In this document: positions 12,961 to 27,201 of the stretch, piece by piece
Layout: each line of letters opens with the position of its first letter
Numbering within the stretch: the stretch's first letter is position 1
NCBI GenBank assembly: GCA_951406725.2
Contig: OX597826.1
Span: 16,554,001 to 16,618,000, forward strand
Direction of reading: 5' to 3'
DNA length: 64,000 nt
Origin: Octopus vulgaris
Taxonomy: Eukaryota
Notes under the pieces: model-generated
The model's input: the letters and a program-made list of their open reading frames with translations, nothing else
Database searches by the model: none
Told to the model about the DNA's origin: nothing
Program-made: the position numbers and the translations under genes

Positions 12961-15526
12961 TGTGCTAAAGGAAGTTATTTTTGCCAATGTTTCTTAATTC
13001 TAATTAATTAGTGGAAATTGTGCCTTGTTGGCAGCATAAGGTCTTCGTAAGTTATGCGAAATTGAAAGAGAGAGATAATGCCTAATTCTCCCTTTTCCTC
13101 CTGCTTTCCCTTTCTTTTTGTGCCAACTTTCTTTCTCCTTCACCCATAGAACATACATCATCAACTTTGTGTGGGACTTCTTTCACTTTCAACTAAAGAA
13201 CATACATAGGATACGAAACATCAATATCCGTCTCTCACCCATTATCCTTCATTCAACTTCTATAAAAACTTTTTTTCAGTCTCTGTGTCTTTCCCTTGTC
13301 TCTTTGTCTTATTCCCATTCTGCATTTTTCTCGGTCATTTCATAAAAAAGTTATTTCTTTATGGTTTGAAGAGAGCAGAAATTGAAAGAAAAGAGAAAGC
13401 GAAAAATGAAGGGAAAGACAGTAGGAAATGGACGTGTGTGTGAGAGAGAGAAAGAGAGACAGAGAGAGAGTGAGTGAGTGAGTGAGTGAGTGAGTGAAGG
13501 TGTGTGTCGTGTTGATGGATATCTTTAAGGTTCACACTCAAATGTGATGTCGTTTTCGTCGTCGTCTTCGTATAAAATGTTTACGATAGTTGACATGGAA
13601 AAGATTATAATTTTAAAGTTTTGTAATTCAGATATGTCAACGAAAATAAAGTTTAGTTGGTAGTGGAAATAGTACTGAATCTTTTGATATACCATACGTG
13701 AAAATCGGCAACTCGGTTTTGGAATGCGTAACAAACATACGCACGCACACACACACACACACACACACACCCTCTCATTTATAGATATAGATAATGTGGC
13801 ACAGTTCTGTTCCTTTTTGCATGACTTTTCTACGAGCACTAACCAGTCAAGCTGAACGTCTAGCACAACGGTTTCCAGACTGTTGAAATATCAAATCACG
13901 AATGTGATCGCTAATAATAATTAGAACACGCAGGAAAACGGATTTTAAAATCCTGATATTTGTAGTTATATTCAGGCATTCAAAATATCATGTGATATAT
14001 ACTCCTTAAAACACCCGTAGAAGTTAGTTGCAGTGAAATATAGATAACGTTAAATTATCAAAAAGAGAGGAGAAAACTGAGAGTATAAACAAGCTTGACT
14101 CGACGACAACAGCAGCATAGAACATAAAGTGATAGACAGATGTTAATGAAAAGAGTAATATTTAGGGCTGGCTTGATTTTATATAAGTTTACTTCTTACT
14201 CAATTCATTAGCATTTCGAGGCCTTCGAGTGCAACCGAGCGTTAGATGTTCATAACATGCTTCGGTTTTTGTTTAGCAAGAGTTTTGTCTTAAACGACAA
14301 ATGTAACGCGTAGTGAATTCATTCCACGGAATTTTAATTTGTCTTAATGCTGAAGGAAAGCAAATAAATAAATATAATAATAATCAGCTCAAGTATTATC
14401 CAGTGTTTAAATTGTCTTCTGAGAGTTTGCTGAATCAGTGACATAAACAACTAAATCTATATTTGAATATTATTTCCTTTTCTGGTATATTACTGCAGGG
14501 GATATTTACAAAGCAATCTACTATAGAAAAAAAAGATCTAATCAGAAGACTTATTTTATACAATGGAGCACCTGGTCGAAATCTAATTAAATGGAAGTAG
14601 CATCGCAAAAGTGTGGCATCCATTGAAAATGTAATTTTCAGGTACTAGGAGTGCCTACTTGATAAAATACCGAAACACCTGCTTATATATTATGTTTCTA
14701 TGGTTTCAAAACACGTAGATTTCTTAATAAGAATATGAGATAGATTATTTCATTATTGCTTGTGATAAACGGCTATAACTATAAACCAATAATATTAGTA
14801 TCAGCTAACTTTCCTAATATATCTCATGTTTTCCCGCAAAAAGACACGTTATTTCAGATTTCCGAATACGAAACTATGGAAAGGAAACAAAATAGCAGTA
14901 CTTCACCAAATACCTTATATTTATTTTCCAATTTAGTGTGATATTAGTGTGCAGATAACAAAGAAAAAATAATTATTTTGTGCCAAAATGTTGTGCCAGT
15001 CGGAAATCTCAGCTAAAAATGTAATTCGCATAGTGAGGATATTGCCTTTGGTGAGGTAAAATAGATATTGTGTGGAATGATATTTTCCTTTTAAATTCGT
15101 CCCATGCACCAAGGACTCTATTTTCCATTGTGCTGTTAGATAAAACTGGAAGCTGGTTGCACTGTTTACAGAAAATTCATACGCTTATGATAAATATGAG
15201 ACCGAAGCAAGGTACAATATAAATATTTCCCTTACATCTGTTAAATCTATTAAGGAGGATATTACACATTCTTTATACTACTGGAGACAAAGTATAATTT
15301 CAATATATCTAAATAGATATGTTGCACACAATGCAATCATTTAACATCAATTTTCAATACTTCTTGTACTAACCCTAGTATTTTTTATGGTATTCTTCAG
15401 AAAAAGTAAGAACGAAACTGATATATGAATGACTATGTAATAGTATCTACCCTGTGTCTGAAAACGATCAGTCCGTTGCTATATTAGCTATTTTAAAATA
15501 TGAAGTATTTTTCGTTGTTGATTCGG

Positions 15527-15741
15527 TCGAGAACATATAATGTTTTGGAATCGGTGATCAGACGTGTAGCTGAAAATGAATCTTGGTTATATAAAGCATG
15601 GTAGACATAGTTTTTCCAATGAATTCTAAATTCAGAGGTTAATGGATCAGCCAAAATGCTGTAGTTTTGGTGAAAATGTTGCTATTTCTGTGAGATATAT
15701 TAAGGGAAACGTAGTCGTGATATGATATACCTTAGAGGAAA
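15527..15741 (-). repeat. Right copy of a 215-bp inverted repeat pair
   Basis: Reverse complement of 12254-12468. Confidence 0.9.
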
Positions 15742-16858
15742 ATGGTGAAGATATACACTTGCTTTATAGGACAATCTTATAATGTTTTTGCATAATGGAT
15801 CATCATAAGGATGTTATGAATAAGGTCAATATATGATTTAACTTCAGGAATGCTGTGAAATATGGAAACTTCTCGTGCGAGAGGAAATGGCTGATATTGT
15901 AAGTTCATAACGCTAGTTGTAGTAATTAAATAATCATGTTGACTAGTGAGCTTTACGAAAAAGTAAATTGATATCAGATACCCTCCATTGATGAAATACT
16001 GTTCCGATTAATCTTCGCAGGAGCCCTTATGCAATAAGAGCTGTGGTATGATGCTTGTATACTGTGGGAAATAGAGACTCGAGAATGTTTTCATGCGTCT
16101 CGACTGATTATATTGACTCAGTAGTGTAAGCTGATGTATACTGTTTCAGTTATCATTTCGTGGTTCTTGATTTATTATTTTTTTCCGAAACTGCTTGACT
16201 TTTATACTTATCACTCGTGATATTAATAATTATTGCATATTGCATACTTAAGCGAAATTGACATTTGTTAATCTGGCGTTAGCGAGATTAATAATCACAG
16301 AAATATCAAACTGTCTTGTGATATGAAAGAAATAGCATATTTTCAATTTTAATGTTTCTTTAATTGACTTAAATAGAAGTTCACAGCGCCGAATGACAGT
16401 CGAGTTATAGGGAAACCTGAATGATTAAATATGTTTTCTTTTTTCTTTGAGGAAATAAATTTCGTTTCGTAGATTTATGTGCGTGGACCTAGTAGTATTG
16501 AAAAAAGAGATAACAGGGTAGTATTGAAAATGAAATAGTAATTTTGGGATGGTAGGAAATATTTCTGTGTAGTTTCAAAAATGTGTGTTGATAACTGTGA
16601 TTACGATTAGATTTTACTATTGGGTGCAGCAGAATCTTTCTCGCTTGGGATCTCAGTTTTACGACAATCACGAGGTAAAATTAATTTCGCAATATCCTTA
16701 ATTTATTATGGAGAATGAAGATGGCTCAATGATGAACATCAGTATTATTTATTTTGCTTTATATTTTATGTGTACTGGAAGATATCAGTGGCAATATCAA
16801 GGAAGTCTATACATTTTATGCCATAGTCACTGAAACATTCAGGCCAAGATGTTTCAAC

Positions 16859-16895
<37 letters not shown>

Positions 16896-17027
16896 ATCAA
16901 CTCATTCGTGGTAATACAGTTTATGTATTTGATGATAATGAGCCAATCATCCCCGTAAAGCCATATACGTTTGTACATCGAAATATATAGACACAAACGA
17001 TACACACAGTCATTCACACGGACATAT

Positions 17028-17074
<47 letters not shown>

Positions 17075-17076
17075 CG

Positions 17077-17116
<40 letters not shown>

Positions 17117-17240
17117 CATACATTTGTAAGTATGTATTTGACCTTGTGATTGTGTACACATTTATATGTATTTATCTGTATGCATCTCAGTTTATGTGAG
17201 TGCACATGGTTATGACTTTGTGGAGATATTAATTTTTCAG

Positions 17241-17353
17241 CAAGGCGTTTGTTGGCCCAAAGCTATAGTAGATGACAAATTCCCAAGGTGTCACGCAGTG
17301 GAACTGAACCCGGAACCATGCGGTTCGTAAGCAAGCTACTTACCTCACAGCCA
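17241..17353 (-). mobile_element. SINE family A, head fragment
   Basis: Reverse complement of tggctgtg.ggtaagtagcttgcttac...catggttccgggttcag...ccttggg. Confidence 0.85.
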
Positions 17354-17645
17354 TGAGAAATCAGATTCGATAATTCAAAAACAGAATAGAAACCGAGCCA
17401 AAAGGAGTATTGTAATATATTTAATGCTTCTCTCATTAAAATGTTCAATATTGAAACAATACTAAACATTTCAAAATGACAGATACACCTAAGTATTAAA
17501 ACATATGATCGACATATATGTACGACAAATCATGTGGATCTATAAAAATATAAGTGTAATATATAAGCATATTAAAAGATATAGTCCTACTTACTAATAA
17601 GGGTAAGTAAAAAAGATGAGACGTCCAGGGTATAGTGTAAAAAGT

Positions 17646-18030
17646 GGAGGCGCAATGACCCAGTGGTTAGGGCAGTGGACTCGCGGTCATAGGATCGCGG
17701 TTTCGATTCCCAGACCGGTCGTTGTGAGTGTTTATTGAGCGAAAACACCTAAAAGCTCCACGAGGCTCCGACAGGGGATGGTGGTGATCCCTGCTGTACT
17801 CTTTCACCACAACTTTCTCTCACTCTTACTTCCTGTTTCTGTTGTACCTGTACTTCAAAGGGCCGGCCTTGTCACTCTCTGTGTCACACTGAATATCCCC
17901 GAGAACTACGTTAAGGGTACACGTGTCTGTGGAGTGCTCAGCCACTTACACGTTAATTTCACGAGCAGGCTGTTCCGTTGATTCGGATCAACCGGAACCC
18001 TCGTCGTCGTAACCGACGGAGTGCTTCCAC
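17646..18030 (+). mobile_element. Full-length tRNA-derived SINE (head C + tail X) with 12-bp TSD
   Basis: A-box-like cagtggttaggg, B-box-like ggtttcgattccc. TSD agtgtaaaaagt at 17634-17645 and 18031-18042. Confidence 0.92.
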
Positions 18031-18049
18031 AGTGTAAAAAGTAGATAAT

Positions 18050-20600
18050 TCATAGTTTGAACGTTGGATTTCGTTCTTTTTTCAGGCTAAATATCAACAG
18101 AATTATTTTATGGCCATTTGTGGGAAACAGTAATCCTTTTGAATAATCGATTTTCATATCCAAACTTTTAGTAACTGCCTGCATCATCATTAGAATAGGT
18201 CACATCTCGCTTACTATTAGGAAACCTACTTTAGTGCTAGGTTTTTCTATATAGTTATACCTATGAGCAGGAGGAAATAGTGTAGTAGGAATTATGGAAA
18301 ATTAATATAGAAAGTATGGTGGGTTCTAAATGAATAAATTACACAACCAAGAGAAGGTTGATAAAGTTTGAATATAAGTGTTAGGTGGAATATGATCAAT
18401 CCTAGAGTATAACGCTCCTCCTATCTCGTTTGACTGAAATACCTAAAAGTTGAATGGTGCTTATGAATACATGATTACATGGTGTCGGTGAATTTATTCA
18501 GTAATGAGGAATTATAACTACAGAGAATATGTGTTGATTCCTTAATGCAAAGTCTACATATTCGTGTGATTGTACTATAGAGAGAAGTCTCCGCCACGAT
18601 GGATCCAGATAAAGAATATTGTGTTTTGCTCAATTTAAGATCATGTATATATGTAGCTAGTGTTGTTGTGGATTTATATCTTAAAATATTAAAGGAGTTC
18701 AAGTGAGCCCTGTAGCAATGCTTGAAATCAACCGTACTTCCTATATAGACCTTAACCCTATTTGTGCCAGGTATCTGTACACAGCACTTATACACCACAT
18801 TACTGCGCAAACAAGATCAATCAAGCGGGCATGTATTTGAGTTGCGACAGTTACATGTTTTTGTTCGTGCCTCAGGATTGGTCGTACGTTAAACTGAGGT
18901 TACAGGACCCTCGACTTGCGTGGGGTGTCCTGTCATATTATTTATATTATAAATATCTTGGTTATGGGATTATATCGCATGATTAGAGCAGGATGAGACT
19001 TTACATCTACGTTTTAATCTATTTATGAGGATATGATTGATCCTAAATTTGGAGAAGTAAAATGCGAAAGCTTCACAGGTAATTTGTTGAAGATGGAGTA
19101 CTACTTGCGATTACTTGGGAAATTTTCTCTCAAAATGTTAAAATATGTTTTAGGTAGATATCTGGCCTGAAGTGAGAATGTGGCGGGGCGAACCATATAT
19201 TTTGCCTTTTCCTTGGGTTAGAGGAATTAGTTTCATTGAAATGGTTGAAGTTATAGAATATATTGTTATGGTAATTCCTGGATGACGTGTTATTTTTTCG
19301 GGCTTTACCCATAATCTGATTATTTATGTATTTTGCCGGTTCATTTAACGGGTGTGGAAACCAGATTTTTTAATTTATTTTTAGCTTTGTATTAGGAATA
19401 TAAAATATATTATCCATGTAACCACTTAATCTTAAAGCATTATTATAATAGGGAGCATGAGTGTTGAATATCTCCTCATTAGCAAATAAATTTGAGATTC
19501 TGATCGCTGCAGCTGTTATTAACCTATTGAGAGTTGACCTAAAATGATTAGAAAAGGAATTCAAATATTGAAACGTTTGATTAGGTTTCTATATAGGTTA
19601 TATACGTTAGTATTTAGGTTAAATGTGACGTCTAGGAAATTGACCACCCTATCATTTATTTCGGAAACAATATTTAAGTTATAGCTTTAAAAGAATTCAA
19701 TCAGGGATTTTTTAGTTTGTTCGATCTCAGGTAGGGATAAGTTTTTAGTTGCGAACAGAGCAACATCTCTATAGAGACCACCGCTTTATTTGCGAGAGGC
19801 GAAACAGACCTAAATGATCAGTTATTTGGGCCAAGGCAGATGATCCCATTCTAATATCGAATGAGTCCGAAGATGTACCTTTAGTTCAGTAAGTTAATGA
19901 GGGTTTTTCTAGCTGCCAGAATTAGGTTCATGTCTGCTGGCGAGATGGTCGCATAGTTTCTGGCAAATATTAATGGTGTTATAGATTACTAGTAATCAGA
20001 AATATAGAATTGGATAAAACTAGTCCGATGTTTATCATTGAGAGAATGCGTTGTATCGTACGCTTGACGTACGATATAACGGGATGTCCTCGCAAATCGT
20101 TCTACTCAAGATACTTGTAATAACCCTCGACAATACGCAACTCACGGCTTTTACACTGCTCCCGAAAGCTCTCTGCGTATGTCCATTTATATTGTAGCAC
20201 AATCCTTTAGGAACCAACAAATAGAGTTCCACACAACTGAACGAAATTATGTGATTACATCACCAGTAGAATTCCAAAGGGCCAGTACAACATTATGTTT
20301 CACTCGCAGCAATATTCTGTCTATAATAATTTTGCGTAAGTTAAACTTAGTGGAGCAGATTAACGAGATAGGGGGATTTAATGGTCTTAATTAACCGGAT
20401 AGATAGTTTTAATTGAAAGTTAGGTTTATGGTCCTTCTGGGTGAAGTGCGGGATTCTTGGTGCATATGGTTCAGTTCTATTCAGTAGCTCTAAATCCGCC
20501 TTAAGTTTGTAATGTATCTTATTAATTTCCTTCATATCTCATTAATTTTCTATATATGCGTACTTATAATTGGTATTAAGCTCCTTTATTATTAATTTTC
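18050..20600 (-). mobile_element. Penelope-like retroelement (RT + C-terminal GIY-YIG), decayed, possibly Naiad-type
   Basis: KDHKPNF...IRLI (about 20400-20440), GLYRDV for GLYRDD (about 19760-19780), VNFLDVTFNL (19617-19645), RKRQNIWFAPP, CNCR...CPL..SCL, VVY...YIGST..FK.CYRAH and CRLC (ORF 18475-18810). Confidence 0.88.
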
Positions 20601-21445
20601 TCATCTTTAATTTGAATATATATATATATATATATATGCTCTTATGTATCTATATATTCACGTATATACTCACTTGTACATTGTCAAATATAATATGAAG
20701 GACTCCTAATGGCCGATGAGAAACTATCTATCAGTTTAAATGGTGCTTTTTCCAGGTTATCAGGCTCTGAAATGTCTTCCTCACATACCGTTGTCACAAA
20801 TACTTAATATCTGCATATATTTATATCTAGCGAACATGTTGGCCTGCCATTTTCGTATTTTTTGTGGCATTCTTTGAAAACCTTGTCAAACCACATGTCA
20901 CCGCTGATATATTTTATAATGCTCACTATATTTTTCCTCCAGGTATTGAGAATATTTCTCAGGCATCATATGTCGAAATTTTGATTTTATTATTCAAAAA
21001 TATTTCCACATTAGGTTATGCATCTGTCTCCGTTGCCTTATTTCCTGCTTTTATTTTAATATTTTAACATTAAAACGTAACTAATAGTATTAATATTTGA
21101 TTGCATTTTTCTGCATATTAATATATACAAAGTGTACATTAGCAAATCACCTTCATAGCTGAGGAAAAGATTCAAATATGCACTAATACGATAAACGTAT
21201 TGATAGATGACGTCAAGTTTCAGTAAGCTTGTGAAAGCGTTGTCTCACGAACATTGACAAACGAAATTAAATACCTTACAGCGTCTAACCTGTCATTCAA
21301 CCTATCATGCACGTTAACAGTTTAAGTGCACGTTTATGTAGGTGTGCACGCAAGCAAAAATACATCTATGTATATATGCATGTATATGTGTAATGTGTGC
21401 ATGTGTGTGTATGTGTCTCTGTCTCTGTCTCTCTCTCTAATATAC

Positions 21446-21476
<31 letters not shown>

Positions 21477-21532
21477 TGGGAGATGTACTTGCATAGCAAG
21501 TGACTTGATCTGAGATCGTGTGCTGTAACGAA

Positions 21533-21767
21533 AACAATTGCAGCGTGGAAGGTGTTTATAAGCCATTTAAGAAATACACAAAACCGTTACATTCACTTCG
21601 ACATTTAAATTTAATTTGTCAAAATATTTTCGTCGCTTTAAGACCGCAACCTGTTCACTGAAAAAGCGACGAAAATATTTTGACAAATTAAATTTAAATG
21701 TTGAAGTGAATCTAACGGTTTTGTGTGTTTCTTAAATGGCTTATAAACACCTTCCACGCTGCAATTG

Positions 21768-21769
<2 letters not shown>
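21533..21769. repeat. Fold-back inverted repeat (107-bp arms, 23-nt spacer)
   Basis: 21533-21639 is the reverse complement of 21663-21769 with 3 differences by eye. Confidence 0.97.
21619..21661 (-). ncRNA. Minimal hammerhead-like motif with G3-C8 core variant
   Basis: tca-GTGAACA-g-gttgc[ggtcttaaa]gcgac-GAAA-atat-TT-tga on the minus strand. Confidence 0.5.
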
Positions 21770-21833
<64 letters not shown>

Positions 21834-22026
21834 AAAGGGAAACTTTACGAAAATAAACAAAAGACGAAGGCAGGTGGAGCACAAACAAACAAATGTATTA
21901 GTATAGCGCTCAGGAATAGAAAAAAGTCTTTTACGTTTTGAGCCTACGCTCTTCGACAGAAAGATACACAGAAAAAAAAAGATTGAGAGAAAAAGATGCG
22001 TGTAGGAGCTAACGATCTATCATGGC
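21834..22026 (-). mobile_element. Short non-autonomous repeat carrying a hammerhead-like motif (21926-21963)
   Basis: Homologous to 35947-36141. Motif cttt-CTGTCGA-a-gagc[gtag]gctc-aAAA-cg-TA-aaag. Confidence 0.6.
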
Positions 22027-23057
22027 ATATATAGTTATGAAATGCTCAAATCCTGTGAAATTCCGCGTGATTTTAATGCGAATATATGAAACACATGTTT
22101 GTTCGACTGTGTCTATAGCCGAAATAAAATGGCTGTAATGTGGCAAAGAAACGATTGATCGGAAGGTTACATGTAAGTCTACAGCGATCAATTAAGAAAA
22201 GCACACAGGCATAGATAGGACGTTAAGCATTTGTATGTCGAGAAGCAAAAACATAAGAGAAGTAATATAACTAAAATTAATTGTTAAAAAACGTAAGAAA
22301 AATAATTTCCTGTTTCATGAGGCGTTTCTACATTTTTGTAATTTCCTGTTTAGTTCCATCAATTTAAATTGTGCCATTTACTAGCATCAGATATATTTAT
22401 ACTACGAATTGGACACGCAGAAAACACAGACAGAAAAGCACACGCACGCACACACATGCACACACACTCACTCACGCACGCACACACAAATACGCAATTA
22501 TACCCGCATTTGGCACATATATACAAATGTACAGACACACGTGCAAAGAATCAAATTCACGTGCATATTTGTGTGTATGTTTGTATATATATACATATAG
22601 ATATACATATATATATGTATTTATATGTATATATTTGTATATCTATATACATATATGCATATACAGAGACGTAGTGTGTGCGTGTGGGTGCGGGCAAAGA
22701 TTCAAATTACCTCGTATTTACACTGGCATCCTTGTGCACCCGTAGGATATGCACCATATACCTATCAAAGTACACATACATAATTTACACATATATAACT
22801 GTATGTACATGTAAATACGTATACGTCTATACAGATATTCGTCTATATGCATACTTGCAGACATATACATATGCATATATATATGTGTGTGTGTACATAA
22901 ATGTGTGTATATATGTATGCATGTATGTATATATAAACATATACATACACACAGCCTTTCCTCACTTTAAGAAAATCTTGCACAGGCATTTCAGGATAAC
23001 AACATTGATTAAGCTTCGTGCAATGGCCATACTCGATAACGAGGGGGCAGCCACCAT

Positions 23058-23189
23058 ATATGCATATACATATGCATATACATATACATATACATATACA
23101 TACATATACATATATACATATATATATACATACATATACATATACATATATATATATATAGATACATATATATATACATATACATATAC

Positions 23190-23285
<96 letters not shown>
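23058..23285. repeat. (CATATA)n/(TA)n microsatellite
   Basis: Direct inspection. Confidence 0.95.
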
Positions 23286-23287
<2 letters not shown>

Positions 23288-23914
23288 CACAGTAGCGTAT
23301 ATAATACCATATGCTAAGAATAAATGCTAAAATGTATGTATATTTATTTACAAATTTGTAGATATTCAGATTTCAATATATGTAATCGCTTAGTTTTTGG
23401 TATTACATATATTTGTATTTTTTGCATGCTCGTATTCTACGTCGCAAGAGTGTAACAATATACTGAATATAGTCGCATTAATTTGAATAAAGAATTGATG
23501 AGCATTTCGTGTGCACTGCAACACGCGTTGAAAAATATATTACATACAGTCACCTTCATATTTTTTTTAGTGTAAATAGATGGACTTAGCGAATTACACG
23601 CTACAGTCCTCGGATTGAAAACGGTCGCATTAAAATTTACTCATTCTATTACTAACTTGATGAATGTACGAATAAATTATTTATTTTCCTCTTATTTGAA
23701 AATAACGTACGTCGAGCCAAAGGTTTAAGTGTTTTCTAAGACTTTCGCCGTATATTTGACTAATTTGACTGAACTAACCAATCCGAAGGATCCAGAGGAC
23801 TATACTTTTTTATGCATGGAGTAATCTGACGCTCAACTATTAATATTTCACAGGACCATTCAAGTTTTTTCATCACAGTTTTGTGATTATACAAGCGAGG
23901 GGCTGATTAGCGCC

Positions 23915-24060
23915 TTCAGGATTAGGTATTTGCGTTCACAATCATACGATAGAGTGCATCATCCCTCTTATAGTGTGTTGCATTGTGTACTTGAACAAGG
24001 CATTTTATTTCACCTGATCCAGCCTACTCAGCTGCAACGACTACCAGTTGAGTGCTAGTA
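23915..24060 (+). mobile_element. Decayed SINE head/CORE-like fragment
   Basis: gcattgtgtacttgaacaaggcattttatttcac...actcagctg matches 8411-8467. Confidence 0.55.
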
Positions 24061-24839
24061 CATCCCTCTCTCTCACTATCTGTCGGATATACGTTGTTCT
24101 GCTAAAGCTAAGGGAGTCGAGAGGTTTTCTGTATCTCCTTATTGCTTCATAGATGCCTTAAACAATTGATGAATGCATGGTACATGCTAACAAATCGTAC
24201 TTTACTTTGCGAGAGTTACAGTTTTGATTTACCAACCAAAATGAACGAGATACGGTATACAATTACATTATAGAATACAGACTAATCTTCTGTTATGGAT
24301 CAAACTGCTTTGGTCTTTCAATATTCCCAGTCTCTCTCGTACCAAGTGCATTATCAGTACCATGCGTTCGATGTTCACTTCTAATCGTATAATAAAGAGC
24401 ATTTACCACATTGATTTGCATACGTATGGAACTTATTCTTTAAAACATGTAATAAATATCTCCCAATAATTAAAATTATATTTTTCATCAACTCTAACTA
24501 GTATAGTCTTTTTCGTACTTCATGATCAGCACAGTATTTTCGTGAAAATTTTGTTGCTATGTATATATTACTCGAAGCTTTAGTATCTGTATGTATCTAC
24601 AGTGCACGTTTACAGTAACACTGCATTTTCTTCTATTTTTTGTACATTATTTCACCGCTCCTAACTACACCGTGCCTGTGACAGGCTACGAAGTTATAAC
24701 CAATCATATGAGTTTTTTCGTATTATAATAATTCAAGCAACTACAACATATATTTCAGAAATCAAATCCATGGCATTCACAAACATTTCGAAACGCAACG
24801 GATAACTCTTGCGAACAGGGATTAAATTAAATTATTACT

Positions 24840-26045
<1,206 letters not shown>

Positions 26046-26671
26046 CGTGCGTCATAACTTTCGTGGTTATATTTTTATGCATTTTATTGATACACGTATA
26101 TCACTACGTGTTTAAGTTTGTATTTTGCATGGAACTTATTTGAGGAAGGTAACGTTTTGTTTCATTCGCAATATATATTTTTATTAGATAATATTTTACA
26201 TTGTCAGTAATCGAATGAAAAATTTATGGAGAATAATAGTATACAATAATGTGAAACGTTAATATAACTCACTACGTGTCTAAATATGCAACTGAGTACA
26301 TTTGAAGAATAACCTGATATATATAGTTTCTGAAGACGTAGTTTTTATCAATTAATATAAGTTTATAGATATATAGTCCCGAAACCTTATTGAAGCAAGA
26401 TCTGAATGTAAACAATCGCTAAATTGCATTTACGCTCCGAATTCTTTGTATATGTTTGTAAATACAATCTTAAAACGCAACAATGAAGTGCTATTGGTGC
26501 ACGGGTATATTTGCCACCAAAACGTCAGATAGAATTGCATTTTAGTAAATTTTCGCTTTTTACAGTAATCAAATTTTGCAAGTAAAAGAATTCACATTGG
26601 AATTAATTAGTCTATTAGCACTGCAACCTATACACAATGTTCATTCCACCCTGACCATTTTCATTCTCTCT

Positions 26672-26703
<32 letters not shown>

Positions 26704-26885
26704 CCCTCTCTCTCTGTTTATCGGTATATGTGAAGTTGGGTGAGTTTGAAGCGAAGTGGTAACACCGGAGATGTAGGCACACAATGTTTCGTTGGAGAAA
26801 TGATGTTGGAAAAAAGTACACACACACACACACACGCACACACATACGCACGCACACACACACACACGCATGCAAACACGCACAC

Positions 26886-27201
26886 GGAGTGGCTGTGTGG
26901 TAAGTAGCTTGCTTACCAACCACATGGTTCAGTCCCACTGCATGGCACCTTGAGCCAGTGTTTTCTATAGCCTCGGGCCAACTAAAGCCTTGAGAGTGGA
27001 TTTGGTAGAGGGAAACTGAAAGAAGCCTGTCCTATATAGATAAATATTTGTATGTGTCTGTGTTTGTTCCCCACCATCGCTTGACAACCGATGTTGGTGT
27101 GTTTACGTTAAAGAAAACGATAGCACAAGTACTAAGCTTACAAATAATAATTTGTTCGACTAAAGGCGGTGCTCCAGCATGGACGCAGTCAAATGACTGA
27201 A
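26886..27201 (+). mobile_element. SINE family A copy
   Basis: Collinear with 35468-35886, with small deletions. Confidence 0.9.

Noticed and set aside
16769-16813. Hairpin resembling a hammerhead (tgtgta/tataca, gatat/atatc)
   Set aside because: Core reads CTGGAA...AAGGAAG; it does not fit CUGANGA/GAAA without several changes.
17646-17720. tRNA gene calls for SINE heads (also 8016, 35468, 57793)
   Set aside because: No complete cloverleaf; each continues into a SINE-like body, and two have flanking direct repeats.
18817-18819. In-frame TGA in the Cys-rich linker of the Penelope element as possible selenocysteine
   Set aside because: It falls at the Gly position of CPL.G.C (likely GGA to TGA). 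The neighbouring cysteines use normal codons and the copy has many other disruptions.
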